Source: an uncultured archaeon
GTDB taxonomy: Archaea > Asgardarchaeota > Thorarchaeia > Thorarchaeales > Thorarchaeaceae
Assembly (NCBI GenBank): GCA_964558645.1
Contig: CAZLEV010000012.1
Location: 1-64,000, forward strand
Reading direction: 5' to 3'
DNA length: 64,000 nucleotides
Shown here: positions 48,483-59,060 of the stretch, piece by piece
How positions within the stretch are numbered: position 1 is the first letter of the stretch
Layout of the letters: each line of letters opens with the position of its first letter
The notes under the pieces: model-generated
What the model was told of the DNA's origin: nothing
The model's database searches: none
What the model saw: the letters and a program-made list of their open reading frames with translations, nothing else
Made by a program: the position numbers and the translations under genes

Positions 48483-49667
48483 TCATGACTGATTGTGATT
48501 TGACTCCTCCTCTTCCGTCGAAGAGATTCCCTTCTGGGACGGTTTCTCTTTCGAACTCTCGGCTGGCTTGAAGGATGCAACAGCCGAAGGCTCAATTGGC
48601 TTCTCGGGAGTTTGGGCGATAACCTGTGGTGGAGGATGATGATACAGAGTGGTAGTTCCAGTCTTCTGAAACTCTGTCACTGCCTTCCATGTGGCAGACT
48701 TGTCTGCTATGGCAGTTAGTTTCTTGATTCGGAACATGATGATTGCAGATATGTCTATGATCACGATGTTCATTACAAGAAGCATCAATGATCCAATACC
48801 GATTTGCATCAATGCCGCTGACGAGCTGACAAGTCCCAGAACTATCATGAGCCCAACATTGACAGCTGGTGGCATCAGAGCAGCAGATATCGCAACACCG
48901 ACCAGTGTTGACATATCGCCACGTGTCATAGAAACAGCAACTGCCGCACCCGAGAATATGGCAACCCCGACATCGAGAGGGCTGAAGCCTGCTCTCCGAG
49001 TGATCTCAGTGAGAACACCGCCGTCTATGTCTGACAGAACCGTCGGAATCAGGGCGGGATATACCAGGGGTAGAACAAGTGCCATAGCCGCGCCTACAGC
49101 AAAGGACAGGGCAAGTGCAATCATCTCATTCCGAGTGCCTTGGATAAACAAGGAGTGATCGCCTAGGACGTAACCAAGTGCAACACCGAGCATCGGTCCC
49201 ATGAGCGGTGACAGCAGCATGGAAGCAACGATGACGGTAACATTGTTTTGTGCCAGGCCCAAGCCTGCCATCAAAGCTGCCAGCATAACAAATGCAATGA
49301 AATCAAAACTGAGCGAGGCCTGCCGCCTCACATTGTCATATATCTCTTCAACTGCCAAGGCTGCCTCTCGCTGAATTCGCTTCTCGCCGCTCTCGTCGGC
49401 CTCACGAGGGAGGGATGTTCTCAAATCCATGATGTCTATGAAACCGTATTCTACCCCAACACCGCGACTTTTTAGCTTCTCAACAGTCTCTAATACTGCG
49501 TCGTCAGGTATCCTGAACTGCATTATGTGTGCTGTATCAGTGGCGAATCGCAGTACATTCTTGACATTCAGGTTATCTATTACAAAACCAAACACAGGCT
49601 CAGTCTTGTCATAGGGTACCACAATCTGGACTTGCTTCAATACAGTAGCAGCTCCGAGAACTAGCAT
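48483..49667 (-). CDS. TIGR00341 / DUF389 family membrane protein
   Basis: VIVASMLLSPLMGP, LVGVAISAALMPP. Confidence 0.9.
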   Translation of the reverse strand: MLVLGAATVLKQVQIVVPYDKTEPVFGFVIDNLNVKNVLRFATDTAHIMQFRIPDDAVLETVEKLKSRGVGVEYGFIDIMDLRTSLPREADESGEKRIQREAALAVEEIYDNVRRQASLSFDFIAFVMLAALMAGLGLAQNNVTVIVASMLLSPLMGPMLGVALGYVLGDHSLFIQGTRNEMIALALSFAVGAAMALVLPLVYPALIPTVLSDIDGGVLTEITRRAGFSPLDVGVAIFSGAAVAVSMTRGDMSTLVGVAISAALMPPAVNVGLMIVLGLVSSSAALMQIGIGSLMLLVMNIVIIDISAIIMFRIKKLTAIADKSATWKAVTEFQKTGTTTLYHHPPPQVIAQTPEKPIEPSAVASFKPAESSKEKPSQKGISSTEEEESNHNQS

Positions 49668-49846
49668 GATGCACTCTTGGCACGATTATTAAGGATTTCT
49701 CGACTACTCACTTCTGTACATCGACACGGTCTGTATTGCTTGTAATACACACTTCACTGCCGTTTCTGCTACCTTGAACATCGCGGGTCGTCGCGTAAAC
49801 CTCACATCGACCGTGTGACTACATGGAACATAACAGCTTGCACAGG

Positions 49847-50515
49847 TCATCCGAAAGAACCCGTAAGCAATGAGATCAACCACATGATAAGAATGAGTAC
49901 CAATCCAGTTCCCAAAGTCTTAAGGCCATATACATAGCGATTCCCTCCAGCCACCTTGCCAAGGAAGAGTCCAAGACCAAAGAGCAAACCTACTCCTGCA
50001 ATGATTGACAGATAGAAAGAATCTAGGTAAGGAATCAGACCGATAGCTGCTAGAATCATGGGGGATACGGTGATGATGACCGCAACTGCTGGTGATAAGC
50101 CATTGATGAGCGACACAATCCGCGTCGTTGTCTTCGTAGCCTTTGCATAAGCACTTCGACTCATGTCCGCTAACATCGCTCTCTCAAGTTCCTTGAACTC
50201 CTTTTGACGCTCTGCCTTTTCTGTAAGATACGAGGAACCAATACCAGACACAAACATTGCAACACTGGTCCCGATTGCTGCCAGGAGAGTTGTTGCAAAG
50301 ACAATCTCAACTGGCTGTACAAGGGTGGAGATAATTGCGCCCATCACGATTCCTATCACCGGTAGGACGCCGTCAAATGCGTTCATGGCGAGATACCTAC
50401 GGGCTATCTCCATCCCCCCGGTGAGTTCCAGTTGATCACCTATGCTCGATATGAAGCCAAAATTGCCATCTTCTTGATCTCCAAAGGCATATCCGTCTTC
50501 GTCGCTTTCATCCAT
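49847..50515 (-). CDS. VIT1/CCC1-family transporter-like protein
   Basis: ARRYLAMNAFDG, SYLTEKAER...ELERAML. Confidence 0.85.
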   Translation of the reverse strand: MDESDEDGYAFGDQEDGNFGFISSIGDQLELTGGMEIARRYLAMNAFDGVLPVIGIVMGAIISTLVQPVEIVFATTLLAAIGTSVAMFVSGIGSSYLTEKAERQKEFKELERAMLADMSRSAYAKATKTTTRIVSLINGLSPAVAVIITVSPMILAAIGLIPYLDSFYLSIIAGVGLLFGLGLFLGKVAGGNRYVYGLKTLGTGLVLILIMWLISLLTGSFG

Positions 50516-50735
50516 TCTGATGCAATCCGTCCTGTTACGCCCAACCTATTAAGACCTCCTAATGCATCAAGGCTCCACTTCTTGGCAGAACAAGAGAAAA
50601 GGAAGTCTCAATTTCCTGCATTACTAATTCAGAAAAGCACCTGGAGATTCTGTGAAGACACATATAGGATACATGTTTCCGCTATTTCTAAGGACATCAA
50701 GCTGTGGCTAGACGGGGAAAATAGCTCGACCGACA

Positions 50736-51458
50736 ATGATTTCAGAGAAAGACCAAGTCTGGAGCATTGAGGTCAAGCACTTGGCAGTCATTGAGACTCT
50801 TATCGCATGGTTTGCTCTTTCTCTAACAGGAGCACTTGCTCCAGGTCCCCTATCTGCTGCAGTTGTTATGCAGGCTAACCGACACGGCAGGCTGCATGGG
50901 ATCTTGCCTATGGTTGGCCATGCAATCGTAGAGATCGGTATTGTGGCTGCAATTGTTCTCGGAGTACAGGCACTGACCCTCACGCCCATGGCAATCTCCT
51001 TCATACTCGGATTTGGAGGGGCAGTTATTGTAGTCTTCGGGATGATTGCTCTCAGAAACTATCGCATAACTGACCAGACGAAGAAGCTCGACAGTCCTTC
51101 AGAGATACCAGCGAGCACGGCGCTAGAGGCCACTGCACAGGGCGCAGCAGTGAGTGTTCTGAGTCCCTACTTCCTTCTCTGGTGGTTCGCAGTTGGCTTA
51201 TCATCAGTCACCATGCTTGTTGCCGAGCTTCAGATGGGTGTCGGCACGGTGCTGCTAGCCGGTATCCTCATCTACTTGACACACGTATCCACAGACTTCT
51301 TATTCGGAGCGTTCTTGACAGTGAGTACCGAGAAGGCCACAAAGAAGGCTAGGATCGGAGGCATCAACTGGATCACCTTGATCATTGGCGTCTTTCAGTT
51401 CGTCTTAGGGGGTTGGTTTATGCTCCAGGCTCTACAGATTTGGCTCGGAGCAGGGTGA
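50736..51458 (+). CDS. LysE-type translocator
   Basis: LTGALAPGPL, GHAIVE, SPYFLLWW. Confidence 0.85.
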   Translation: MISEKDQVWSIEVKHLAVIETLIAWFALSLTGALAPGPLSAAVVMQANRHGRLHGILPMVGHAIVEIGIVAAIVLGVQALTLTPMAISFILGFGGAVIVVFGMIALRNYRITDQTKKLDSPSEIPASTALEATAQGAAVSVLSPYFLLWWFAVGLSSVTMLVAELQMGVGTVLLAGILIYLTHVSTDFLFGAFLTVSTEKATKKARIGGINWITLIIGVFQFVLGGWFMLQALQIWLGAG

Positions 51459-51704
51459 TCTCCCTATATTCCACGCAAATCACGAAGAAGGATTCCAACG
51501 GTTAATAACTCGGGTCTCTTCATTTCACAAGAGAGTCGTTCCAATCGTCCTGATGAATCGCTGCGCTTGCCCAAATTCTTCACCTCACTGTCGTATTCCG
51601 TGAGAAATTGCTCAATCACCAATAATACTGATTAAGTTCAGCTCAAGAATGAGAGAATCCTACACATGAACACTAAAGTAGGACTCTTTCGTCCGCTCTT
51701 CATC

Positions 51705-52484
51705 ATGAAGACCATTACCCTGCATAGTTACAAGGGCGGAACAGGAAGGACGACGCTATGTGCAAACATCGCGGCGACTCTCGCCCAGAAAGGGCACAGT
51801 GTTGTGGTATTGGACATGGACTGCTGGTCCCCAACCCTTCATACCATATTCAGAGTAGAATCGCCCTGTAGCTACATTCACCAGTACCTCTCGGGAGAAG
51901 TCGGGCATAAGGAACTACTCATCGATTTAACAACAGATCTGGGAGTTAAGGGTCGGCTCAGCATCGGTGTCGCTGATTCAAGCATCGATGTCATAAGGAG
52001 CAATCTTACGCAAGACCGAAAGTGGCACAAACAGTCCCTTTCGAGAATTTTGAAACTAAAGGACACACTCCGCAATGAGGGTTTCGAGTACGTTCTCTTA
52101 GATGCATCGTCAGGGGTCCATCCTGCCACCGTGAATACAATTGTAGCCTCAGACTTTGTTCTCGTGCTCTGTAAGGTTGACAATTTCGATATGGACGGAA
52201 CGCTTCAACTCCGAGATGTCATCTACGACCGCTTAGACAAGGGAACTGCATATCTCTTCAATAAGGTTCCAGCAGCGATGCTAGATAGTAACATGAAGAA
52301 AGACGTGACGGAAACAGCACTGAATACCTTCGGGTCTGATGCGGTTATTCTTGGATATCTAGAATACTATCCGGAAGTACCAATGGCCATGGGCGTGGAG
52401 ATTCACGCCCTTACAAGCCCAGATACTGAATTTGCGTCTGAACTAAGGATGATCGTGAACCAACTCCAGTCATCTATCGAATAA
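51705..52484 (+). CDS. MinD/ParA-family ATPase (variant Walker A KGGTGRT)
   Basis: HSYKGGTGRTT..ANIA..LA..G..V.VLDMD, YVLLD..G, FNKV; alternative start 51666. Confidence 0.9.
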   Translation: MKTITLHSYKGGTGRTTLCANIAATLAQKGHSVVVLDMDCWSPTLHTIFRVESPCSYIHQYLSGEVGHKELLIDLTTDLGVKGRLSIGVADSSIDVIRSNLTQDRKWHKQSLSRILKLKDTLRNEGFEYVLLDASSGVHPATVNTIVASDFVLVLCKVDNFDMDGTLQLRDVIYDRLDKGTAYLFNKVPAAMLDSNMKKDVTETALNTFGSDAVILGYLEYYPEVPMAMGVEIHALTSPDTEFASELRMIVNQLQSSIE

Positions 52485-52508
52485 GCTGCAGATAGGAGGT
52501 AATAAGTC

Positions 52509-53120
52509 ATGATTCACTCGGTCTATGTCTTAACTGAAGGTGGTGTCTTACTCTACAAGAGAGTCTATAGCGACGAAATGCCTAATCCCTTTATTGTGAG
52601 TAGTTTTGTTTCTGCAATCTCGAGCTTCAGCCAACAAGCTATGGGTGACAATCTGAAACGCATTGAAATCGACGGAAGTTGCATGCTCCTCTTCGAACAA
52701 AACCCCATCAAGGTACTAGTCTTGACAGATGAGAGCACCGACGCCGGATCCAATCTCTTGGAAGAGATTGCAGTGAACTTCATCAGTAGGTACTCGAAGG
52801 CAATCTCCAGCGGGAATCACAACTCAGATTCCTTCAACGATTTCGATGCTGTTCTAGAAGAACTGATTTCTGAGATGACCAATGCATGGGACTCGAGTCG
52901 CCCTACTCACTCGCTCGACGGACTGAGCTTTCTTGAACTTGAGCCACCTATCCAGAAGATGGCTCAGTATGTTCTCCGAAGGGATGAAGTCACTGCGCAG
53001 GAGGCTGCTGAAGAACTCGAGATCAAACTTGATGAGGCTGAACAGCAGCTTGAACACCTAGTTGACCTTGGTATGATTGGCTGGAAGAGAGGGGAACAAG
53101 AGAGGATGTACTACTCCTAA
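52509..53120 (+). CDS. Longin-like domain fused to a C-terminal winged helix
   Basis: MIHSVYVLTEGGVLLY...SFVSAI..F...LLEEIAVNFISRY (longin pattern); TAQEAAEEL...LEHLVDLGMI. Confidence 0.65.
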   Translation: MIHSVYVLTEGGVLLYKRVYSDEMPNPFIVSSFVSAISSFSQQAMGDNLKRIEIDGSCMLLFEQNPIKVLVLTDESTDAGSNLLEEIAVNFISRYSKAISSGNHNSDSFNDFDAVLEELISEMTNAWDSSRPTHSLDGLSFLELEPPIQKMAQYVLRRDEVTAQEAAEELEIKLDEAEQQLEHLVDLGMIGWKRGEQERMYYS

Positions 53121-53179
53121 TCCATCTGTTGATGAGCAGGTCGAAGGACTAATCTAGGGGAGTAGATGAACTGAGTAAT

Positions 53180-53785
53180 ATGAGGAATGTCCTGATCACA
53201 GGGTTCGAGCACTTCGACGGCTACAGCTTGAATCCATCTGCAGAAGTAGCCAAGCGGCTCGATGGCGAAGAGATAGATGATAAGGACGTAACGGGGGCAA
53301 TCCTTCCCTTAGACTACCGGACGATGATATCTGTGTTTCAAAGATACGCAACTGAGGTGTCAGCTGAAGTCATTCTACTCATGGGCCAGTCAAATCGGGG
53401 GTCTGTCACCATAGAAAGAATGGCCGTGAACGCTGTCAGCACCGAGAGAGAGGACAACAAGGGCTACAAACCGGAGAGCGATCTGATATCATCTTCAGGG
53501 CCAGTGGGGTATTTCTCAAACGTCGATGTCAACACGCTAGCAAAGAAACTCAGAGAGAAAGGCTTACCCGTCTTCACCAGTTATCACGCAGGAACCTACG
53601 GCTGCAACTTCATCTTCTATAGAGTCTTAGCCATGGTAGCCGAAGGAGTTCTCAATGCCAAAGTCCTCTTTGTCCATGTGCCGCCCCTTCCGGCTCAGGC
53701 AATCGAGAAGCATGATCAATCAATGCCGACTATGGAGCTAGATGAGCTCGTCGAAACAATCCGAGTTCTCATTCGAGAGCTGTGA
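53180..53785 (+). CDS. pcp: Pyroglutamyl-peptidase I
   Basis: LITGFE.F...NPS, ERMAVN, AGTYGCN, FVHVP. Confidence 0.93.
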   Translation: MRNVLITGFEHFDGYSLNPSAEVAKRLDGEEIDDKDVTGAILPLDYRTMISVFQRYATEVSAEVILLMGQSNRGSVTIERMAVNAVSTEREDNKGYKPESDLISSSGPVGYFSNVDVNTLAKKLREKGLPVFTSYHAGTYGCNFIFYRVLAMVAEGVLNAKVLFVHVPPLPAQAIEKHDQSMPTMELDELVETIRVLIREL

Positions 53786-53798
53786 CATAGTTCTGATA

Positions 53799-54566
53799 CT
53801 ACTCCTTCCAAACGGAGGGGAAGGTTGTCAAGACCACCGCAGAGAGTAGGGAACTGATGATGATGGCCGTAACACGTTCGCTCAACATAAGGGGAAAGAT
53901 GACATATCCGAATAGATTTGCAGGAAGGTTCAGAATATAGACTGCACCAAGAGTCATCATGGAGAAGTCAGTCATGGTTCCGATGAGAGTGAATGGCAAT
54001 ACCTGAAGGTACCTCCGCCAGCCCCTCTTGGACCAGTCGAATTGGATGTCCAGAATCTGCAGTCCGAGTGATGTGAGAGCTGCAACCATGTAGAGGCTCA
54101 TGAACCACCAGGCCGACAAGTTTGGAATAAGGTAAAGCAGTATGATGACGAACAAGTAGCAAGCAGTAACAGTCGGGCCGGGAATACGAAATCGTCCTGT
54201 ACTGACTCTCTTCTGCATAGCAAAACCCGTGAACAGCCCTGACACAGCCGGGCCGAGAATGATTGTAGGAACTGCGAGGCTGATATTGAAAACGAAGACT
54301 GATAGAAAACCTTGCAGAATCCCTGCTACGAGACCGAAGGCGAAACCTCTGCTGGGACCCAGTAGTATTCCGAACAAAGGAGCAATGCAAATCGTCAGAC
54401 TGATTGATCCAACTGCACCAAGAAAGGCACTGATTGGAACCAGCGTACTGACTCCGTAGAGAGCTGCTAGGATAATGCCGATAGCTGCAAGCTTGCTATC
54501 ATCGCTGCTGTCGAAGAGCTCCATCTCACCTATCTCATCCTCTTCATGAATGGCCATTGGCATCAC
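53799..54566 (-). CDS. ECF transporter S-component-like membrane protein
   Basis: AALY, APLFGILLGP, P.M..ER; multi-TM. Confidence 0.6.
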   Translation of the reverse strand: MMPMAIHEEDEIGEMELFDSSDDSKLAAIGIILAALYGVSTLVPISAFLGAVGSISLTICIAPLFGILLGPSRGFAFGLVAGILQGFLSVFVFNISLAVPTIILGPAVSGLFTGFAMQKRVSTGRFRIPGPTVTACYLFVIILLYLIPNLSAWWFMSLYMVAALTSLGLQILDIQFDWSKRGWRRYLQVLPFTLIGTMTDFSMMTLGAVYILNLPANLFGYVIFPLMLSERVTAIIISSLLSAVVLTTFPSVWKE

Positions 54567-54741
54567 AACAGGTGTTCTCGAACGGCGGGCTATTTGCTAA
54601 TATTGTTTCGGTCCACTCAGCAAAGGGAAGAACAAGCATGGAGAAACCTTGTGGTTAAGGCGTCATCCTCGACACTCACGACATGGCAGTCGAGATACCG
54701 GCGAATGAATGACTAGCAGCTGATTTTCGTCATGCTTTTTC

Positions 54742-55752
54742 TTATGTGGGATAGAATGGCCAGAAATGAGTGAACTTCCACCCCTTACCAACATATTTCT
54801 CGCTGCGTGGAAGATCGATGAACTCACTGCCGCTGAATGGATAGAATCGCATCTCGTCGTCATCATCGCATACAATCAACTCGGGTGAACCAAGCTCCCT
54901 CCAATAGCCAACAAGGTATGTCCAGTCCTCTCGGAATCCACGACCAACTCTCTCGTAAGGTCCGTCGCTGAAATGCAGATGGTCCTTATCTGAATCAAAT
55001 CGTCCATAGGGATAGAGCCTCAGGTCTCCGTTCTTGCTCCGCACGATGAGGTCAGGACTACCATTCTTTGTCCATTCGGCCACAAGATAGTTTGTGAAAT
55101 CATCATCAAAACCTCTACCCACCTTCTTGGGTTTACTCTGACCTTTGAAACTCTTTCCGTCAAAAGGATATACCCAAAGGTTTCCGTTGTCTTCGCGAAC
55201 TAATAGATCAGGAGTGGGTCCCCCGGTCCAATGACCCGGCAAGAGATGCGTGTATTTGTCCGTATGAAATCCCTGTCCAACACGTTCATCTCTGCCAAGG
55301 TCCTCAAACCGAGTTCCATCCCATGGGAACAATCTAAGATTGCCGTCATCATCTCTCACAAGTAGGTCTGAGGTTCCATTGCCTGTCCACGAACCAACAA
55401 CATAGTCCCACTCAGCCCGAAAGCCACGGCCTACCCTTTCTCCGTGTCCGTCAACATAGAAGGTTTCATTCTTGAACGGATAGAATTTGAGGTCACCGTT
55501 ATCCTCAAGGACCACCAATGAGTTCCCACCTGGAATACTTCTGAGTAACGTATCATCCGAGGGCGCCAACCAGAACCCCGGAAAATACTTCTCGAAATCG
55601 AATCCTTTTCCAACTTCGAATGCGGTTCTGGTCTGATCGTGGTCTTTCGATGTGTAGAATGTGTGAATCGTTCCCTGTTTGAAGAATGGGTACCACCGCA
55701 GGTCGCCATTGCTCTTCCTGACAACTAGTCCGGGCATATGTAACATCTCCAA
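54742..55752 (-). CDS. Six-repeat FG-GAP/VCBS-like beta-propeller protein
   Basis: Six repeats of about 52 aa, DL.VR...G.L..YPF......VG.GF....Y...W. Confidence 0.75.
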   Translation of the reverse strand: MEMLHMPGLVVRKSNGDLRWYPFFKQGTIHTFYTSKDHDQTRTAFEVGKGFDFEKYFPGFWLAPSDDTLLRSIPGGNSLVVLEDNGDLKFYPFKNETFYVDGHGERVGRGFRAEWDYVVGSWTGNGTSDLLVRDDDGNLRLFPWDGTRFEDLGRDERVGQGFHTDKYTHLLPGHWTGGPTPDLLVREDNGNLWVYPFDGKSFKGQSKPKKVGRGFDDDFTNYLVAEWTKNGSPDLIVRSKNGDLRLYPYGRFDSDKDHLHFSDGPYERVGRGFREDWTYLVGYWRELGSPELIVCDDDDEMRFYPFSGSEFIDLPRSEKYVGKGWKFTHFWPFYPT

Positions 55753-55854
55753 CTCTCGACAACGGGCTGTGAATATGGCTTTTGTGCCAATGAATCTACA
55801 GAGTAGTATTCTTTAGTATGATTCGTACAGCAACAGAAGCGAGGAATACTGCAC

Positions 55855-56520
55855 ATGACCACAGAATCTATCTTAGAGATGAAACGAGTCTCGATGTCAT
55901 ACGGACAGAAGACTCTATTCAAGGACTTCACGCTTAGTCTTCACAAGAACGAGATTATCGGGATCAGCGGTGAGTCCGGGAGCGGCAAGAGCACTCTTCT
56001 TCGGATCGCCGTTGACTTGGCAACTCCAGATGAGGGAGAAGTTGTATTTCAAGGCAGGAATGTTCAAGATTGGGATCCACAGGAACTTAGGAAGTGCATC
56101 ATCCTTGTACCGCAACAGGCCAGCATGTTTCCAGGCACCGTACGCGATAATCTGCTCTGGGGTCTCAAGATCCACAATCAAGAGGCATCAGAGGAAGAGC
56201 TTGTGAGCATTCTGAAGGAGGTCAACTTGAACGGTGAGTATCTGGATAGAGTAGCTGAGAATCTCTCAGGAGGAGAGAAACAACGTGTAGCCATAGCCCG
56301 CGCACTCTTGCTTGAGCCCTGCGGCCTATTGCTGGATGAGCCGACTTCAGCACTAGACGAAAAATCCACCCTCGCAGTTGAGAAGACAGTTAAGGGGCTA
56401 CTCAAGTCCCGCGACATTGGAGTGCTGGTGGTCACGCACAATCGAGAACAGTCCGAGCGATTGACGGATCGTGTCATCGAGGTAACTACCGGAGAGGAGG
56501 TCGACTACAATGCAAACTAA
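55855..56520 (+). CDS. ABC ATP-binding protein (FetA-like)
   Basis: GESGSGKS, LSGGEKQR, LLLDEPTSALD, VTH. Confidence 0.92.
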   Translation: MTTESILEMKRVSMSYGQKTLFKDFTLSLHKNEIIGISGESGSGKSTLLRIAVDLATPDEGEVVFQGRNVQDWDPQELRKCIILVPQQASMFPGTVRDNLLWGLKIHNQEASEEELVSILKEVNLNGEYLDRVAENLSGGEKQRVAIARALLLEPCGLLLDEPTSALDEKSTLAVEKTVKGLLKSRDIGVLVVTHNREQSERLTDRVIEVTTGEEVDYNAN

Positions 56521-57340
56521 TCTTGACCTATACGAGGCGATACTCAACTTCGTGCAGAGCTTGGATGCAGAAGTATACGAGGCTGCATTCAGTTATGCTG
56601 CGGCAATGGTTCTGCTCGTAGTTTTGATAGCACTCAGCAAATGGCAGAAGATAGGAATAACAGAGAAGCTCATCATAGGAACAGCTAGAGGCACCATTCA
56701 AATCATCCTCATGGCGCTGATACTTGTAGAGATTTTCGCACTTCGGAACCTGATCATCATCTTCGGGGTCCTTGCTTTCATGGGGCTCTTTGCGGCCCAT
56801 ACCTCACAGTCGAATCTAGATGAGATCCCCGGTATCTTCAAAGCGGGCGCGCCAGCAATTCTTCTCTCTGGACTCTCGGTTATGGTGATAAGCGTCCTTC
56901 TCGGAATAGTCCGTCCTGTTGGCGAGTACATCATCCCAATGGGAGGGATGGTGATTGGAAATGCCATGGGCATCAATTCCCTGGTCATTGAGAGAATGTG
57001 GTCCAACGCGCAGAAACAGAGAGCTCTAATGGAAACGGCACTGGCACTAGGAGCATCACCCCTGCAAGCAACCAACATGACGATCCGTGAATCCATCAGA
57101 TCTGGACTCCTTCCCAATCTGAACAGGTATGCATCCCTCGGAATCGTTTCCATCCCGGGTCTGATGTCAGGAATGATTATCGGAGGCACTCCCGTTTTGG
57201 CAGCCGCGCTTTACCAGGTAATCATCTTCGTGATGATATTCCTTGCGTGCATCATGTCTGGTCTTATCGCATCGAGAATCTTCCTGCAGGAGATGTTCAA
57301 CGAGCGAGCGCAGATCACGGTTCCCCCTGCTGAAGGTTAG
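56510..57340 (+). CDS. UPF0014 / FetB-like permease
   Basis: RGTIQ, IPMGGMVIGNAM, LALGA, GIVSIPGLMSGMIIGG...YQ. Confidence 0.9.
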   Translation: MQTNLDLYEAILNFVQSLDAEVYEAAFSYAAAMVLLVVLIALSKWQKIGITEKLIIGTARGTIQIILMALILVEIFALRNLIIIFGVLAFMGLFAAHTSQSNLDEIPGIFKAGAPAILLSGLSVMVISVLLGIVRPVGEYIIPMGGMVIGNAMGINSLVIERMWSNAQKQRALMETALALGASPLQATNMTIRESIRSGLLPNLNRYASLGIVSIPGLMSGMIIGGTPVLAAALYQVIIFVMIFLACIMSGLIASRIFLQEMFNERAQITVPPAEG

Positions 57341-57620
57341 CCGCATCGCAGTTGTGCGACATGTTTGCAGACGCTCCAGACGCGTTCCATAGCATGGTCT
57401 TCAGAGCGCATCTCGACCGTGCTGTGATGGGAATCCGAGTTTATGGGCCGCCAGAAGGCCGGCGATTCCGATTCGATTCACTCCGACATCGGAATGCTTC
57501 TCAGTCCAAAACCACGCAGTGGTGTAGCATCTCAGAAGGTATGACAATTGCATAGAGCTCTTAAGGCGGTATTTGCTAGCCAAGAAACGGAAAGACATCT
57601 GCAGTAGATGGCGAAGAATC

Positions 57621-58895
57621 ATGCAGCCCGTAGGTCTCATAATCATTGGAGTCTTTGTCGTGATGCTGATTAGTATCACAACCGAGCATGCCAATGATAC
57701 TGCCGCAGCGCTTCTTGCATTTGCCGTGGCGGCAGTCGCAGCGTATTTGTTCGGCGGGCATTCATTCACCGTGATTGCAAAAGCAATGGCATGGGATGTC
57801 GTCCTCTTTCTTGCTTCTATGATGATAATAGTTGCAGTGGTTGCCTCATCGGGATTGTTTCAATGGACCGCATTGGTCATAGCAACAAAGGCCAAGGGTA
57901 ACGCAAAGAAAGTGTTCTTCTATTTCATGCTCTTGACGTTTTTCATATCGCTATTCTTCAGTCCAATGCCTACCATGATGATTGTCAGTACCTTCACCGT
58001 AGAGGTCTGCAATGCGCTAGACATTGATTTCCGACCATACCTGATGACTGAGGCTGTAACGGCAGGGGTCAGTTCTATCGTCTTGCCAATAGGGTCGGTC
58101 CCCAACCTCGTAATAGTGTACTTCGCAGAATTTGACACCGGACTTCTCTTTGTGACAATGCTTCCACTGTCATTGATTCTATTCGCTATTACGTTGGCAT
58201 ACATGCTGAAGAAGTCTGCAGCTGTCATCAACACCAGGAAGAAGAGGAATCTAACCATCCTGCTCGGCATAGATCCAAAGAGCATGATAAGGTCAAGATT
58301 TGGGTTCTTTGCCTCTTGCGCAGGTCTCATTGCTCTTGTGGTGGGTCTGGTACTACTTCCGAGAGATGCACCACTAGTCGCTCTTGTGATAGCAGGAGCG
58401 CTTCTCGTGACTTCAAAGGACAGGGCACACGACCTTCTGAAGCATCTATCGTGGGATAGTGTATTCTTCCTCGTGGGAATCTTGGGTATCATTCAGACAA
58501 TGATTGCCACAGGGGTAATAGATGTCCTTTCTCAGCTACTTGTCGGAGTGGCTGAGACCAATCTGTTTCTGGGCGTTGTTGTCATGTTATGGCTACCCGG
58601 GGCGGTGCTCTCTCCACTGGACAAGAAAGCAGTAGGCATACTCGTGGCTCCGGTGGCGAAAGTGTTGGGTGATGTCAACAACATGTTACCCATTGCTCTT
58701 GTAGCAGGCACGAACATCGGAGGGTATTGCGTTCCTTTTGGTGATTCACCGAATATGGTCGCTGTTTCAATTGCTGAGGAGAAACAGAAACCGCTGACCT
58801 GGAATGAATTCAACAAGACCGTATTCCCACTCGGGATTATTCATCTCATTGTATCCACAGTATACGTGATGATTCTTAGTCAGTTCTTCGTCTAA
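57621..58895 (+). CDS. ArsB/NhaD/SLC13-type (IT superfamily) permease
   Basis: WDVVLFLASMM, PIGSVPN, WDSVFFLVG, NIGG..PFGDSPN. Confidence 0.85.
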   Translation: MQPVGLIIIGVFVVMLISITTEHANDTAAALLAFAVAAVAAYLFGGHSFTVIAKAMAWDVVLFLASMMIIVAVVASSGLFQWTALVIATKAKGNAKKVFFYFMLLTFFISLFFSPMPTMMIVSTFTVEVCNALDIDFRPYLMTEAVTAGVSSIVLPIGSVPNLVIVYFAEFDTGLLFVTMLPLSLILFAITLAYMLKKSAAVINTRKKRNLTILLGIDPKSMIRSRFGFFASCAGLIALVVGLVLLPRDAPLVALVIAGALLVTSKDRAHDLLKHLSWDSVFFLVGILGIIQTMIATGVIDVLSQLLVGVAETNLFLGVVVMLWLPGAVLSPLDKKAVGILVAPVAKVLGDVNNMLPIALVAGTNIGGYCVPFGDSPNMVAVSIAEEKQKPLTWNEFNKTVFPLGIIHLIVSTVYVMILSQFFV

Positions 58896-59060
58896 TCATT
58901 CCTCCAGTGATTTTGCCATGATTATCAGCAGGGAAGAGAATCTGCCGCCATATCTGGCGGGCAATGTAATCTGGAACAATGAGACTCAGCACCAAGGCCA
59001 AAGAGCCAGAAGATTACCGTTAGAGTCAACAATGAGTCTTGTTAATGTTTTGAGTTAACA

